Shown: piece after piece, positions 7,480 through 15,919 of the stretch
Numbering within the stretch: position 1 is the stretch's first letter
Layout: each line of letters starts with the position of its first letter
IMG/VR virus record: IMGVR_UViG_3300037483_000643
DNA from: an uncultured virus (IMG/VR IMGVR_UViG_3300037483_000643)
Taxonomy: Duplodnaviria; Heunggongvirae; Uroviricota; Caudoviricetes
Strand: one strand, 5' to 3'
Length of the DNA: 20,000 nt
The notes under the pieces: model-generated
Told to the model about the DNA's origin: nothing
What the model saw: the letters and a program-made list of their open reading frames with translations, nothing else
Database searches by the model: none
Program-made: the position numbers and the translations under genes

Positions 7480-7480
7480 G

Positions 7481-8104
7481 TTACTTCTCCGGCATCTTGC
7501 CCTGGGCCATCCCCATCACACTATCGTACACCTTTGCCGCTGCGCGGTCGGCGGCGCTGTCCTTGGGCTGGAAGGGGGCCGACTGGGGCTGCCCGAGGGG
7601 ATCGACAGCGGGACAGCCGGCGAGAGGATGGATCAAGACGGGGAACGTCTTGTTGAAGCGGCGCGACCACTCTTCGGTCAACGCCATGCACAGGCCCATA
7701 TTGTCCATGGCAGCCTCGATATCGAAGTCGCCTTGCGAGTCGGTGTACTTTTCGCGTTGATCGGCAGGCATCACCTGTTCGATCTGCAGTCGAATCTCGT
7801 TGACCCATCGCCGCTTGTCCATGTCGCCAGACCACTCGCACTCACGACGGTACGCACGCCAGCGCTTCACGTCGAAGTGCTTGCAGGCGGCGCACTTGTA
7901 GCGGAGGCCCACCGCCAGCTCGCCGGCAGTGGTCTCGTACGTGAAGCTGCCTGGAATCTGCCCAGCGGTGCCGCCGCCAGAGAGCTGCAGCGGTGCTGAC
8001 ACGCTGATCGTGCGCGCAGCCGGCGCACACTCAGGATCCAACTTGTGTCCATCAGGATCGTGCGTTGCCGGCACGACAGTGATGGTGTCACCCTTGATTT
8101 CCAT
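7481..8104 (-). CDS. Hypothetical protein with CAACKHF...GLC...C metal-binding motif
   Basis: AGGAG RBS; long ORF in the operon direction. Confidence 0.8.
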   Translation of the reverse strand: MEIKGDTITVVPATHDPDGHKLDPECAPAARTISVSAPLQLSGGGTAGQIPGSFTYETTAGELAVGLRYKCAACKHFDVKRWRAYRRECEWSGDMDKRRWVNEIRLQIEQVMPADQREKYTDSQGDFDIEAAMDNMGLCMALTEEWSRRFNKTFPVLIHPLAGCPAVDPLGQPQSAPFQPKDSAADRAAAKVYDSVMGMAQGKMPEK

Positions 8105-8116
8105 TTGCTGTTACTC

Positions 8117-8452
8117 CTACGACGTTGGTGTGATCACGCGTGCAGTGCACCGGCCGACGAGCGCGACGGCGCCACAGTCGATGCAGTCGAGTCGTCCAGC
8201 AGTCGGCGCAGTGGCGAGGGCGCCACCACAGAAAGGGCAGATCTTGGCGTTGGCGCGCTCTACGATCATCACGTCGATTACACTTTCGATGTTGTGCAGC
8301 TTGGCACGCAAGTGCAGCTTGGCACGCAACGCTAGTCGCTGGCGGCATTCTTCATCAGTGTCGGGTTGTGTGTTGTTTTCGATACTACGCAGCATCTTGG
8401 CAACTTCGGCGGCCTCGGTGCGCAACGCATCGATTTGTACAAGAGACGTCAT
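8117..8452 (-). CDS. Coiled-coil plus C-terminal Zn-ribbon protein (CPFC...CIDC)
   Basis: TGATG overlap, AAGGTG RBS, two CxxC pairs. Confidence 0.75.
   Translation of the reverse strand: MTSLVQIDALRTEAAEVAKMLRSIENNTQPDTDEECRQRLALRAKLHLRAKLHNIESVIDVMIVERANAKICPFCGGALATAPTAGRLDCIDCGAVALVGRCTARVITPTS
8294..8329. repeat. Perfect 18-bp tandem duplication (encodes LRAKLH x2)
   Basis: GTGCAGCTTGGCACGCAA at 8294-8311 and 8312-8329. Confidence 0.95.
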
Positions 8453-8703
8453 CACTTCACCTTTGCGCGCCTGACACGTCGAAGGGTCCGATCTGCGGTG
8501 AATAGTGCCTCTGAGAAGCGGCACAACTCGTTGAAATCTGCCAAGTTGCGCATGGCGCGAAGCGCATCCTTTTCTGCCCTCTTCACAGCTGCGATGGCGC
8601 TGATCTCAGCTCGTGAGAAGTGATGACATCTGCCACCATTGCAGTAGGGGATACACACACGACGCTTTCGACCACCATGATATGGCCATGCGTTACGCGT
8701 CAT
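8452..8703 (-). CDS. Basic hypothetical protein
   Basis: Stop/start overlaps with both neighbours. Confidence 0.7.
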   Translation of the reverse strand: MTRNAWPYHGGRKRRVCIPYCNGGRCHHFSRAEISAIAAVKRAEKDALRAMRNLADFNELCRFSEALFTADRTLRRVRRAKVK

Positions 8704-9104
8704 CGCTGCCCCCCACTCTCACCGCGCCACGGTTCAGCGCCGCCACGTTGCTCGATCTTGGCGTTCGCTTCCATGGCAGCGATCTTCGCTTGCGACATCA
8801 TGTCAGCTTCAAGCTGGCGCGCTTGCGCGTCACACTCGGCTGCAAAGTCTTTCATAAAGATCGCAAGTCGCTGAAACATCAACATGCGCGTTCGTGCAAC
8901 AGCTAGCACACGCAACGCAGCGGTGATCCCCGATTCGTGCGCAAGCGACAGTCCTGTACGGATCAGCTCGCGCGCAGTTTCAACAGGGGGACGATCAGGA
9001 TCGATCGCGTTGTGGTATGTCGTGAACATCTCCTTCAGTTCACGATCCATGCACAACGTGATGCACTCAGCACGTCGTTTCGCATTCTTCGACTGTTGGG
9101 GCAC
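8700..9104 (-). CDS. Putative ribbon-helix-helix DNA-binding regulator with coiled-coil C-terminus
   Basis: ITLCMDRELKEM...PVETARELIRTGL fits a strand-helix-helix pattern; first gene of the operon. Confidence 0.6.
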   Translation of the reverse strand: MPQQSKNAKRRAECITLCMDRELKEMFTTYHNAIDPDRPPVETARELIRTGLSLAHESGITAALRVLAVARTRMLMFQRLAIFMKDFAAECDAQARQLEADMMSQAKIAAMEANAKIEQRGGAEPWRGESGGQR

Positions 9105-9110
9105 ACTCTG

Positions 9111-9138
9111 AATGTAGTAGCACGAGACGTGCCGTCAA
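9111..9138 (-). promoter_or_regulatory. Leaderless promoter with palindromic operator
   Basis: TTGACG-N16-TACATT ends 6 nt before GTG 9104; palindrome GCACG-AGA-CGTGC (9120-9132) lies in the spacer. Confidence 0.55.
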
Positions 9139-9169
9139 ACGTGTTGGAGGAGCACAGACCAACTTTGGC

Positions 9170-9470
9170 GCAGTGCATTAAACCCGATTGGGTTTTTCTT
9201 GGTGGAGAGCGCCGGTACGCGGTTCACTGCAAAAAATAGGACGGGGAGTTTCAAACTAAACCAACCGTCCTATTTTTCTATTTACGAATGGTGCGCGAGC
9301 GTGGTCGTGTTCGGAGCGTGTTTGAAACACGAACACGCCCCCAGCGTGTTCAGCGTGTCTCTCCCCTATGGGGAGACACGCTGACGAACACGCTGACCAC
9401 GGGAAGGGGGGGAGGTAGAGGCGTGTCCAGGCGCGGTTCAGCTGGAGAGGGGGGGAAGAATAAATCGTCC
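9170..9470. other. Putative replication origin
   Basis: AT-rich tract (~9170-9290) next to nine CGTGT/ACACG boxes in both orientations and an imperfect palindrome centred on TCCCC-TAT-GGGGA (~9342-9395); immediately downstream of the helicase. Confidence 0.55.
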
Positions 9471-9481
9471 CGACCTTGGGC

Positions 9482-10585
9482 TCACTCCAGCTCGGCGGCT
9501 TCACTATCCTGCAAAACGTAACAGGGCTGTTGTCTACTGCCTGCCTTGATCACGCGTCCTTCATCTTCCAACACAGCAAGTGCGTCTTCGAGACGCATCC
9601 TGTTGCAGCCTACAGTTTTCGCAAACGCATTCACACCGCCAACAAACGTGCCGTTGCACTTCTCCAACAGCGCAATGATCTTCTTTTCCAGCTTGGAGGT
9701 TGGGCGTTCGTCTACAGCCTCATCAACGCTCATTGTATCGCAAACTTCGACAGCAAGACCGCCCTTAGGATCGTTGCCGATCTTCACGTCAGAGATCGAC
9801 AAGCTGCAAATAACACCGGCTGGTGTACCTTCAATGCGCTCTTTTGGCCGCGCTACCACGATTTGACCATCACGCGGCTCAAGCGTAAACATCGTGTTGC
9901 ACGCGTCTACAAACGCTGTAGATCCACGCGAGCGGTTGCGCAGGTCATTACCACGCTCACGTGATGGTTTACCCATGTGGTGTACAACGATACATACAGT
10001 TCCAAACTGTTCAGACAAGTGCAATAGCCTATCAAGCGGCTTTCGTGCCTCGCTAGAGTTTTCGTCTGTGTTGGGGCAAGCGCCCCGAAACGCGTCAATG
10101 ATGAGAAGATCGACACCTTCACACCATCGCGCAAAATCGTCGGTGTTGCGGTTGTCGAGATACGTTGTTGGTAATGTCTCTAGATTCAGGTTATCACCGA
10201 GATCACCTGCCAAAATGCCACGTGCGCGCGCCATTCGACGATAACGCGTGTATGTGAGATGTTTTCCTTGTTCGTAATCGAGGTGCAGCACGCGCCCACG
10301 TCGAACAGGAAAACGGCCCCATAACGCTTGGCCTGATGCAACAGCCAACGCGAGATCTTGTAGAATAAGCGTCTTGCCTGAAAACGACTCACCTACAAAC
10401 AAAACAGGTGCGCCGCGTCCGATCTTCAGATCGGGGCACAAATAGTCAACTGGATCAAGTGGTGATTCGAGAATTTCAGCCGCGCCGACGATGCGCGGCG
10501 AGAGTGCCCCTTCGACTTCCTCTACGGAGGGGACGACAGTCAGTTGCGGACGGCTGGGGGGCGTGCTAGAGTCGTTGTCATCCAT
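9482..10585 (-). CDS. RepA/AAA_25-type (RecA-fold) replicative helicase with probable C-terminal winged helix
   Basis: Walker A GESFSGKT, LDYEQ, Walker B LLIIDAF, VVHHMGK and RSRGSTAF; C-terminal wHTH-like KIIALL...LEDEGRV. Confidence 0.9.
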   Translation of the reverse strand: MDDNDSSTPPSRPQLTVVPSVEEVEGALSPRIVGAAEILESPLDPVDYLCPDLKIGRGAPVLFVGESFSGKTLILQDLALAVASGQALWGRFPVRRGRVLHLDYEQGKHLTYTRYRRMARARGILAGDLGDNLNLETLPTTYLDNRNTDDFARWCEGVDLLIIDAFRGACPNTDENSSEARKPLDRLLHLSEQFGTVCIVVHHMGKPSRERGNDLRNRSRGSTAFVDACNTMFTLEPRDGQIVVARPKERIEGTPAGVICSLSISDVKIGNDPKGGLAVEVCDTMSVDEAVDERPTSKLEKKIIALLEKCNGTFVGGVNAFAKTVGCNRMRLEDALAVLEDEGRVIKAGSRQQPCYVLQDSEAAELE

Positions 10586-10637
10586 GGTTGTTGCCTGTGG
10601 TTAGTGGTTGGCCACGGGTGGGTCTCCGAGAAGTGCA

Positions 10638-10666
10638 AAGCCCCCGACCTCGCCAGCCGGGGGCTT
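10638..10666 (-). terminator. Hairpin (possible attenuating terminator) between the Zn-finger gene and the helicase
   Basis: AAGCCCCCG/CGGGGGCTT 9-bp stem; short U-run. Confidence 0.5.
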
Positions 10667-10673
10667 CGCGTTT

Positions 10674-11048
10674 CTAGTGAAGCTTGCTCGGGTCACGGCC
10701 AAAGATCTCATCTGCGCCGTAGATCCCTTGCTCAGCGTCTTCCTGCTTCTTGATCTCCTCTGGTGATGGTGGGGGACGCTCGGCACGTGCAGCGCGTTGT
10801 GCTTCATACAGCGCCTCTTGCGCCATCTGCCGACGTGCTTCGTGCTCTAGTGACAGCAGACGTGGATCCGCGCCTTCTCCATCCCAAGGAATCCACGCAG
10901 CGCGCGCAAACTCGTCTGCTGGGATCAGGCGCCCGACGCACGGTTCAAGATCAAGCCTGCAGTCGTTGCACTTCTCGCCGTCGCGTCGCAAGCTTTCGCC
11001 CCACACGGTGAGGCATACGGGACAGCGAAATCCGGGGTGCTGTTTCAC
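10674..11048 (-). CDS. Zn-finger protein (CPVC...CNDC...C), first leftward gene
   Basis: AGGGGG RBS before GTG; Cys motifs. Confidence 0.75.
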   Translation of the reverse strand: MKQHPGFRCPVCLTVWGESLRRDGEKCNDCRLDLEPCVGRLIPADEFARAAWIPWDGEGADPRLLSLEHEARRQMAQEALYEAQRAARAERPPPSPEEIKKQEDAEQGIYGADEIFGRDPSKLH

Positions 11049-11068
11049 CTGGAGTTACCCCCTAGGTT

Positions 11069-11115
11069 CTTCCCTCGGGCCCTTCCCTCGGGCGCGTAGA
11101 CTGCCCACTATACCA
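11069..11115 (-). promoter_or_regulatory. Extended -10 leftward promoter plus leader with GCCCGAGGGAAG direct repeat
   Basis: TGgTATAGT (11115-11107); 12-bp repeat at 11093-11082 and 11080-11069. Confidence 0.6.
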
Positions 11116-11247
11116 CCGTGACGGCTCTGTGGCGGCCCCAGGCGCCTCCAGGCGCTTCCTGCCGCCCTTCGGCGCCCCGAGACGAGGGGTGCCCGCGTAC
11201 CCGCGTACCGCGCCCCACGATGCAGCGCACCCAACGCTTGCGCGTCA

Positions 11248-11296
11248 TTTCCATCGCAGGCGGCGCGCGCTACACTCCTTCACAGCGTTGTGAAGC
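11248..11296 (+). promoter_or_regulatory. Rightward promoter with palindrome at +1
   Basis: TTTCCA-N17-TACACT (11248-11276) followed by CTTCACA-N5-TGTGAAG (11278-11296). Confidence 0.5.
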
Positions 11297-11360
11297 GGTG
11301 AAACGGAAGTACGGGAATCGTGGGACAGCGGAAGAAGCAAGAAGATGAAAGGGTGCAGCC

Positions 11361-11600
11361 GTGATCGTTCTATGCGCGTGGTGCCGTCAGATGTGGCGTC
11401 GTGATGCAGCAGATCCAGCCGCAGCGTGGATGGCAGTAGGCACCTCGCCGATCCCCGATGACGGGGCGCTGTCGCACGGCATGTGCCCACGATGCTTCAA
11501 GAGAATGGAAGAGGAGGAGATCGAGCCAAGGCGCCAGCAGCGTGCGGCAGAGGTGGGGGGATCAAAGGTAGGAGAATGTCAAGCGAACCATCATCAGTGA
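11361..11600 (+). CDS. Zn-binding small protein (CAWC...SHGMCPRC)
   Basis: Motif resembles the CxxC...W...SHGxCPxC module found C-terminally in bacterial signalling proteins. Confidence 0.75.
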   Translation: MIVLCAWCRQMWRRDAADPAAAWMAVGTSPIPDDGALSHGMCPRCFKRMEEEEIEPRRQQRAAEVGGSKVGECQANHHQ

Positions 11601-11791
11601 GACAACATGCGATGAGAACCTGCATACCTACATGCCCCCGTTGCGACTCGACAGACTGCGATGTGCTGCCAGCTCCGATCGTTGATCGGTACGCATCCGA
11701 TGACAAGATCATCTTCACGCATCAATGCAGAAATGAGAAGTGCGGCAAGACGCTGTTCCGCCACGTTCCGCCGGAAACGGTACAGCCGTGA
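11576..11791 (+). CDS. Zn-ribbon protein (CPRC...CRNEKC)
   Basis: AGGAG upstream; start may instead be 11612; GTGA overlap with the next gene. Confidence 0.65.
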   Translation: MSSEPSSVRQHAMRTCIPTCPRCDSTDCDVLPAPIVDRYASDDKIIFTHQCRNEKCGKTLFRHVPPETVQP

Positions 11792-11994
11792 CGACATTCG
11801 CTGACGTCGTTGCGATCCTCGTGCTCGTGCTCGGTTGTGGTTACATCCTGACGAAGATCGGCGCGCTACTGTACGGTTTTGTTCGGTATTTCGTCATGCG
11901 CGCCCTGTGGCGACGGCGTGCAGCACGTGCGCTGCAGCGACGCGTACGCGAGCACATCCGTAGGCAGCGCGCGTTGCGCGTTGTGGGAAAGTAG
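11788..11994 (+). CDS. Small membrane protein with Arg-rich tail
   Basis: Hydrophobic N-half; overlapping GTG start. Confidence 0.7.
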   Translation: MTTFADVVAILVLVLGCGYILTKIGALLYGFVRYFVMRALWRRRAARALQRRVREHIRRQRALRVVGK

Positions 11995-12022
11995 TTGACA
12001 GCTTCTTCGAGTTGAGTAGTAT
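11995..12022 (+). promoter_or_regulatory. sigma70-type promoter
   Basis: TTGACA-N16-TAGTAT in an intergenic gap. Confidence 0.6.
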
Positions 12023-12069
12023 TCACGAACAGACGCTTGCTTCACACAACGACAGAGGGAGAGCACACG

Positions 12070-12267
12070 ATGCCAGAGAAGAGGATGTCGGCAGCTGAGA
12101 AGAAGGCGGCGATCGATGCAGCGTGGGCAGAGTACCGTGCCGCGTCCATCGCGATCCCGCTGCAGACACCGTACAGCGGCAACAGGCGCGGTGACGGCTT
12201 CTTGGAGATTGACGAGCGGCTGTGGAAGTGCTACCTCGCCGCCGAAGCGCGGATCCTTAAGTCGTAA
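12070..12267 (+). CDS. Hypothetical protein
   Basis: GAGGGAG RBS before ATG 12070. Confidence 0.75.
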   Translation: MPEKRMSAAEKKAAIDAAWAEYRAASIAIPLQTPYSGNRRGDGFLEIDERLWKCYLAAEARILKS

Positions 12268-12278
12268 GGGGGCTGCTC

Positions 12279-12494
12279 GTGCGCGGATTCCTGCCGTGGC
12301 TGCGCGAGTTGTTCTTAGGGCCACCAAAACCGCAATGTGACGTAGCGGGGTGCCACAACGGCCCAACGCCGGCATGCGGCGCCGGACTCTGCGCATTTCA
12401 TCACAGCTTGCACTGTTGTTACCACGAACCGTCAGGGCCTCGCTGCGCCTCGAAAGTTCGTGTGCTTCACATCCACGAAGGCGGACAACAGTAA
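12279..12494 (+). CDS. Cys/His-rich small protein
   Basis: AAGGGGG RBS; CxxxGC...C...LCxxH motif. Confidence 0.7.
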   Translation: MRGFLPWLRELFLGPPKPQCDVAGCHNGPTPACGAGLCAFHHSLHCCYHEPSGPRCASKVRVLHIHEGGQQ

Positions 12495-12503
12495 GGAGAC
12501 AAG

Positions 12504-12710
12504 ATGCACAGCAACGTCATGGCTGGCCCAATGTCGCGTGAGAAGATGAAGTCGATCCAGGCGATCAACCCCCGTCCGATCATCGCCGTGCACTCGTGCA
12601 TCTGCGGCCAGCGTGGGCCGCGTGCAGACATGCGCACGTGGCCACTCGTCAACATCGGCACGCGTGAGGCGCCGCAGTACCAGTGCACGCGGTGCAACCG
12701 GATCTGCTAG
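12504..12710 (+). CDS. Small Zn-finger protein (CIC...CTRC)
   Basis: TAAGGAG RBS. Confidence 0.75.
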   Translation: MHSNVMAGPMSREKMKSIQAINPRPIIAVHSCICGQRGPRADMRTWPLVNIGTREAPQYQCTRCNRIC

Positions 12711-12740
12711 CAACGAGTAGGAAGAAAGGAAAGGTCAGCG

Positions 12741-13076
12741 ATGGCCGCTCACGTTCACGAGAAGACGGAAGCGCAGCGCAAGAGGCACCGTAACAAGCCT
12801 AGCCGCAAGGCGCGGCTGGATCGTCGCCGGAAGGAGCGCGAAGACATCTTCGACGCTGCCATGACGGCGCGCGACACCGCCATAACGTTGGAGATCGATG
12901 CCAAGTCGAAGATCACGGCGAACGCGCCGCCCGATGACGTCAGCGCGGCAGTGGTGAAGGCGCGCGATGCCGAACACGCGGCGGTGGCTGCCGAGTCGAA
13001 GGCGGCCGAGCTGCGCAAGCGCCTCGACAGCTACCAGATCAACCCTGGATGTGTGGCGACGTGGAGTCTGCTGTAG
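12741..13076 (+). CDS. Basic coiled-coil hypothetical protein
   Basis: Purine-rich RBS (AAGGAAAGG); helical composition. Confidence 0.75.
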   Translation: MAAHVHEKTEAQRKRHRNKPSRKARLDRRRKEREDIFDAAMTARDTAITLEIDAKSKITANAPPDDVSAAVVKARDAEHAAVAAESKAAELRKRLDSYQINPGCVATWSLL

Positions 13077-13102
13077 ACGATTCGACTGCGGCCCAGTAGA
13101 CT
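13074..13102 (+). promoter_or_regulatory. Promoter for the SNF2 helicase operon
   Basis: TAGACG-N17-TAGACT followed by TCACAGC. Confidence 0.5.
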
Positions 13103-13142
13103 TCACAGCCTTTGCGCACGCCGTAGGGGAGGGAAGCCCCGA

Positions 13143-14903
13143 GTGGCCCAACCGCTTTACCGCTTCGCGCTCGCGCGCGATCTGACTCCGTTGGAGCTTG
13201 AACAGCTCCAACGAGAGGTGCCAGGCGTCGGGGTTGCTCGGGGCTCCCTCTCCACCTTGACCGCACAGCTGAACTGTGCGTGGCTACTCGAAGATCACCT
13301 CCAGTCTAGAGCCTTCCAGTTCAAAGTCCACCCCCCACGTACCGTCGATCGTATCAAGTGGTCACAGATAGTAGAGGCTGTCCGACCTGAGATGCGCCCC
13401 ACGGTGATGGACTTCGACAAGCCCTTCCCCGACTATCTGGCGCATTTCCAGGCTGTAGGAATCACGTTAGCTTTAAACGCTCCTGCCGAGTCGGAGGCGT
13501 TTCACTGGCCGTGTGGGAGTGGAAAATCGGTTGCGGCCATCAACTGGGGTCTCTTCCGGTCCGGTACGATCGTCTTCGGCACCAAGGCCGGCGCGCGGCA
13601 CACGATCTACCAGGAGTTCAAGAAGTACACGACTGTCACACCCGTCGTCCTGGTACCAAAGTCGGAGCGGCGGAAGAAGGATCCCGATCCGGCAGCTGAG
13701 ATCGAGCGCATCCGCGTTGAGACTGGCGAGTACCCGCGTGTGATCATCGTTGCGTGGGAGAGCCTCCCCGAGTGGATGGATCTGCTCCTCACGATTCCGA
13801 TCACCAGTCTTGTGCTGGACGAGATCCACATGCTGTCGTCACACCAGCGATGGATCCGGCTGCCCAGCAACCCCGATGCGAAAGCATCGTACGAACGCCG
13901 TAACAACAGAGCCGCAGCTGTGCAACGACTTTGCGCAAATGCCAAGCGTCGTCTTGGCATGACGGCCACGCCAGTCAAGGATCGTGTACGCGATCTGTGG
14001 GCACAGCTCGATCTCGTACATCCAAAAGCGTGGGGGCGGTTCTGGGACTTCTGCGAGCGGTACTGCAACGTCACCACTACTGCACAGGGCTACAAGGACA
14101 ATCGCGGATCTTCCAACCTCGTAGAGCTGGACAAGCGCCTGGCGTTCGTCCGCCATCACGTCGACTACAGCGTGACGCACCGCGATCTGCCGCCGAAGCG
14201 CCGCCAGGTCTTGTACATCGGAAAGGCGCAGCAAGCACGCATCGCTACTGCGGCGTTCGCTAAGGAGCTAGAGCGCGCCAAGAAGATCTCGACAAAAGCA
14301 GTGGTGGAGGTGGGCCTAGCTGCGGCTGCAGCGCGCAAGCTGCCTGTACTCTTAGATCATGTGCGGGACAGCGTGGCGAACGGTGGCAAGGTCGTGGTCT
14401 TGACCGGACGCCACAACGACTGCGATCGATGGATCGCCGCCATCCGCAAGGAGCTGCCCAACGTCTCGGCATGGATGGCGCATGGCTCCCACGGCACATC
14501 TTTCCGAGATCAGGTGCGCATCGAATTCATGGCCCACCCCGGCCCGTGTGTCTTGGTCGGGGGTGGCGAGGCGTGGGGGGAATCGGTCTCGTTGAACACC
14601 GCCGATCTGGCCATCAATGCGCAGCTGCCGATCACGCCCAAGCAACTCTGGCAGCGTGAAGGTCGGTTCATGCGCAAGGACTCGAAGAAAGGCGTGCTCA
14701 TCCTCTACCCGGTAGCAGAAGGTACCGTTGACGAGCGGCTGTCACAGATCTTGCTGTCAAAGCTGCCAGCCGTCGCTGATCTGCAGCACGATAGCGAGTT
14801 CGCACGTGCCGAGGCCGATCTGGCGTCGGGGGGCATGGACGAAGACACGATCATCAACTCGTTGCTGCAGAAGATCATCAGCGGCGGTGATTCGGAAGAC
14901 TGA
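13143..14903 (+). CDS. SNF2-family (SF2) helicase/ATPase
   Basis: Walker A WPCGSGKS, LVLDEIH, motif III TATP, DLWAQL, LPPK linker and motif VI QREGRFMR, plus TVDE. Confidence 0.92.
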   Translation: MAQPLYRFALARDLTPLELEQLQREVPGVGVARGSLSTLTAQLNCAWLLEDHLQSRAFQFKVHPPRTVDRIKWSQIVEAVRPEMRPTVMDFDKPFPDYLAHFQAVGITLALNAPAESEAFHWPCGSGKSVAAINWGLFRSGTIVFGTKAGARHTIYQEFKKYTTVTPVVLVPKSERRKKDPDPAAEIERIRVETGEYPRVIIVAWESLPEWMDLLLTIPITSLVLDEIHMLSSHQRWIRLPSNPDAKASYERRNNRAAAVQRLCANAKRRLGMTATPVKDRVRDLWAQLDLVHPKAWGRFWDFCERYCNVTTTAQGYKDNRGSSNLVELDKRLAFVRHHVDYSVTHRDLPPKRRQVLYIGKAQQARIATAAFAKELERAKKISTKAVVEVGLAAAAARKLPVLLDHVRDSVANGGKVVVLTGRHNDCDRWIAAIRKELPNVSAWMAHGSHGTSFRDQVRIEFMAHPGPCVLVGGGEAWGESVSLNTADLAINAQLPITPKQLWQREGRFMRKDSKKGVLILYPVAEGTVDERLSQILLSKLPAVADLQHDSEFARAEADLASGGMDEDTIINSLLQKIISGGDSED

Positions 14904-14907
14904 AGAC

Positions 14908-15156
14908 ATGAAACGAGCTTGCGATTTCGGGATTCAAGAAGCGCGAAGGTGGATCGTGTCGGATGGAGAACGGTGTTCCCACTGCGGCGCGCGAATGCCG
15001 AAGGGTGGAACAGCGCATGGCGAAGGGCACTACTGCCGCGTGTGTTACCGGACGCACGTCTCAAAGAGTCGCAGACTGGTGTTAGTGTGGAATTACAACA
15101 AGGGGTGTATGCACTGCCGTTCTGCTGGGTTGATGCCTGGGTTTGACGGAATATAA
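14908..15156 (+). CDS. Zn-finger protein (CSHC, CRVC, CMHC)
   Basis: Three CxxC pairs; starts 4 nt after the helicase stop. Confidence 0.65.
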   Translation: MKRACDFGIQEARRWIVSDGERCSHCGARMPKGGTAHGEGHYCRVCYRTHVSKSRRLVLVWNYNKGCMHCRSAGLMPGFDGI

Positions 15157-15175
15157 CATCAGACGAGGTGATGAC

Positions 15176-15604
15176 GTGACAACAGTAGAAGACATCCGGC
15201 GACTAGTCGATGCCGCCAAGCGCGAAGCGCTAGACGACGTGGAGATGTTGCTACGCGCGTACCTGCAGCGGATGTCAGCTGAAACGTTCGTGCCCACCGA
15301 CAAGGAGTTGGTAGCGGCAGGGTTCACGTTGTCGGTAGGAACCGGCTTCGTTGGCACCAACATACAACGAATCATTGACGTCCTGGGCCGTTCGATGAAG
15401 AGTGCTGCGATCACCGAGATCGGCATTTGCATACAGGTTGTGCAAACCGTTCGTGAGAAGCTGCCGCAGAGGCCGAAGCCGGTACCGCCGCCGCTGCCCA
15501 AGTCGGCGCCGTACGGCGCAGCCACCAACAAGTACCAGTGTGCATGTGGTGCGGTTGGCCCACCATTCAAGCATCACACCAACTGCCAAGGAAGGCACAA
15601 ATGA
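15176..15604 (+). CDS. Hypothetical protein with C-terminal CxC...H..C
   Basis: GAGGTG RBS before GTG 15176; ATGA overlap with the next gene. Confidence 0.75.
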   Translation: MTTVEDIRRLVDAAKREALDDVEMLLRAYLQRMSAETFVPTDKELVAAGFTLSVGTGFVGTNIQRIIDVLGRSMKSAAITEIGICIQVVQTVREKLPQRPKPVPPPLPKSAPYGAATNKYQCACGAVGPPFKHHTNCQGRHK

Positions 15605-15873
15605 CAATGCTCGAATCTGCCAAGAACAGCAACGAGTGTGCTGCCCCGTATCCAAGTCGTGCTGTGGCGACGTTGATCGAATGGGCCAAAGAGCATGAGC
15701 GGATGCACGCGGGCGGCGCAACACCTCCTGCAGACGTCGAGATCCTTGGCGCAGCGTTCGAAGAGCGCGCCACGAAGGCCGAAGCCGCTGCGCAGAAGAT
15801 GGCCGCCAAGCTCGTACTGATTCGAGCGCGCGTGCGAACATTTCCTACGACTGCAGGGCGTGTGTTACGCTAG
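15601..15873 (+). CDS. Hypothetical helical protein
   Basis: ATGA overlap start; Ala-rich coiled segment. Confidence 0.7.
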   Translation: MTMLESAKNSNECAAPYPSRAVATLIEWAKEHERMHAGGATPPADVEILGAAFEERATKAEAAAQKMAAKLVLIRARVRTFPTTAGRVLR

Positions 15874-15919
15874 CCCGGGAAATTCGAGTTATTCTCAACA
15901 CGTGACAAGAAGGCCAACG

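Noticed and set aside
9300..9430. Repeats considered as a mini-CRISPR array, given the Cas4-like gene
   Set aside because: Repeats are only 5-10 bp, in both orientations, with no regular spacers.
11298..11348. 16-codon leader ORF (MKRKYGNRGTAEEARR)
   Set aside because: No RBS and too short to support from sequence alone.
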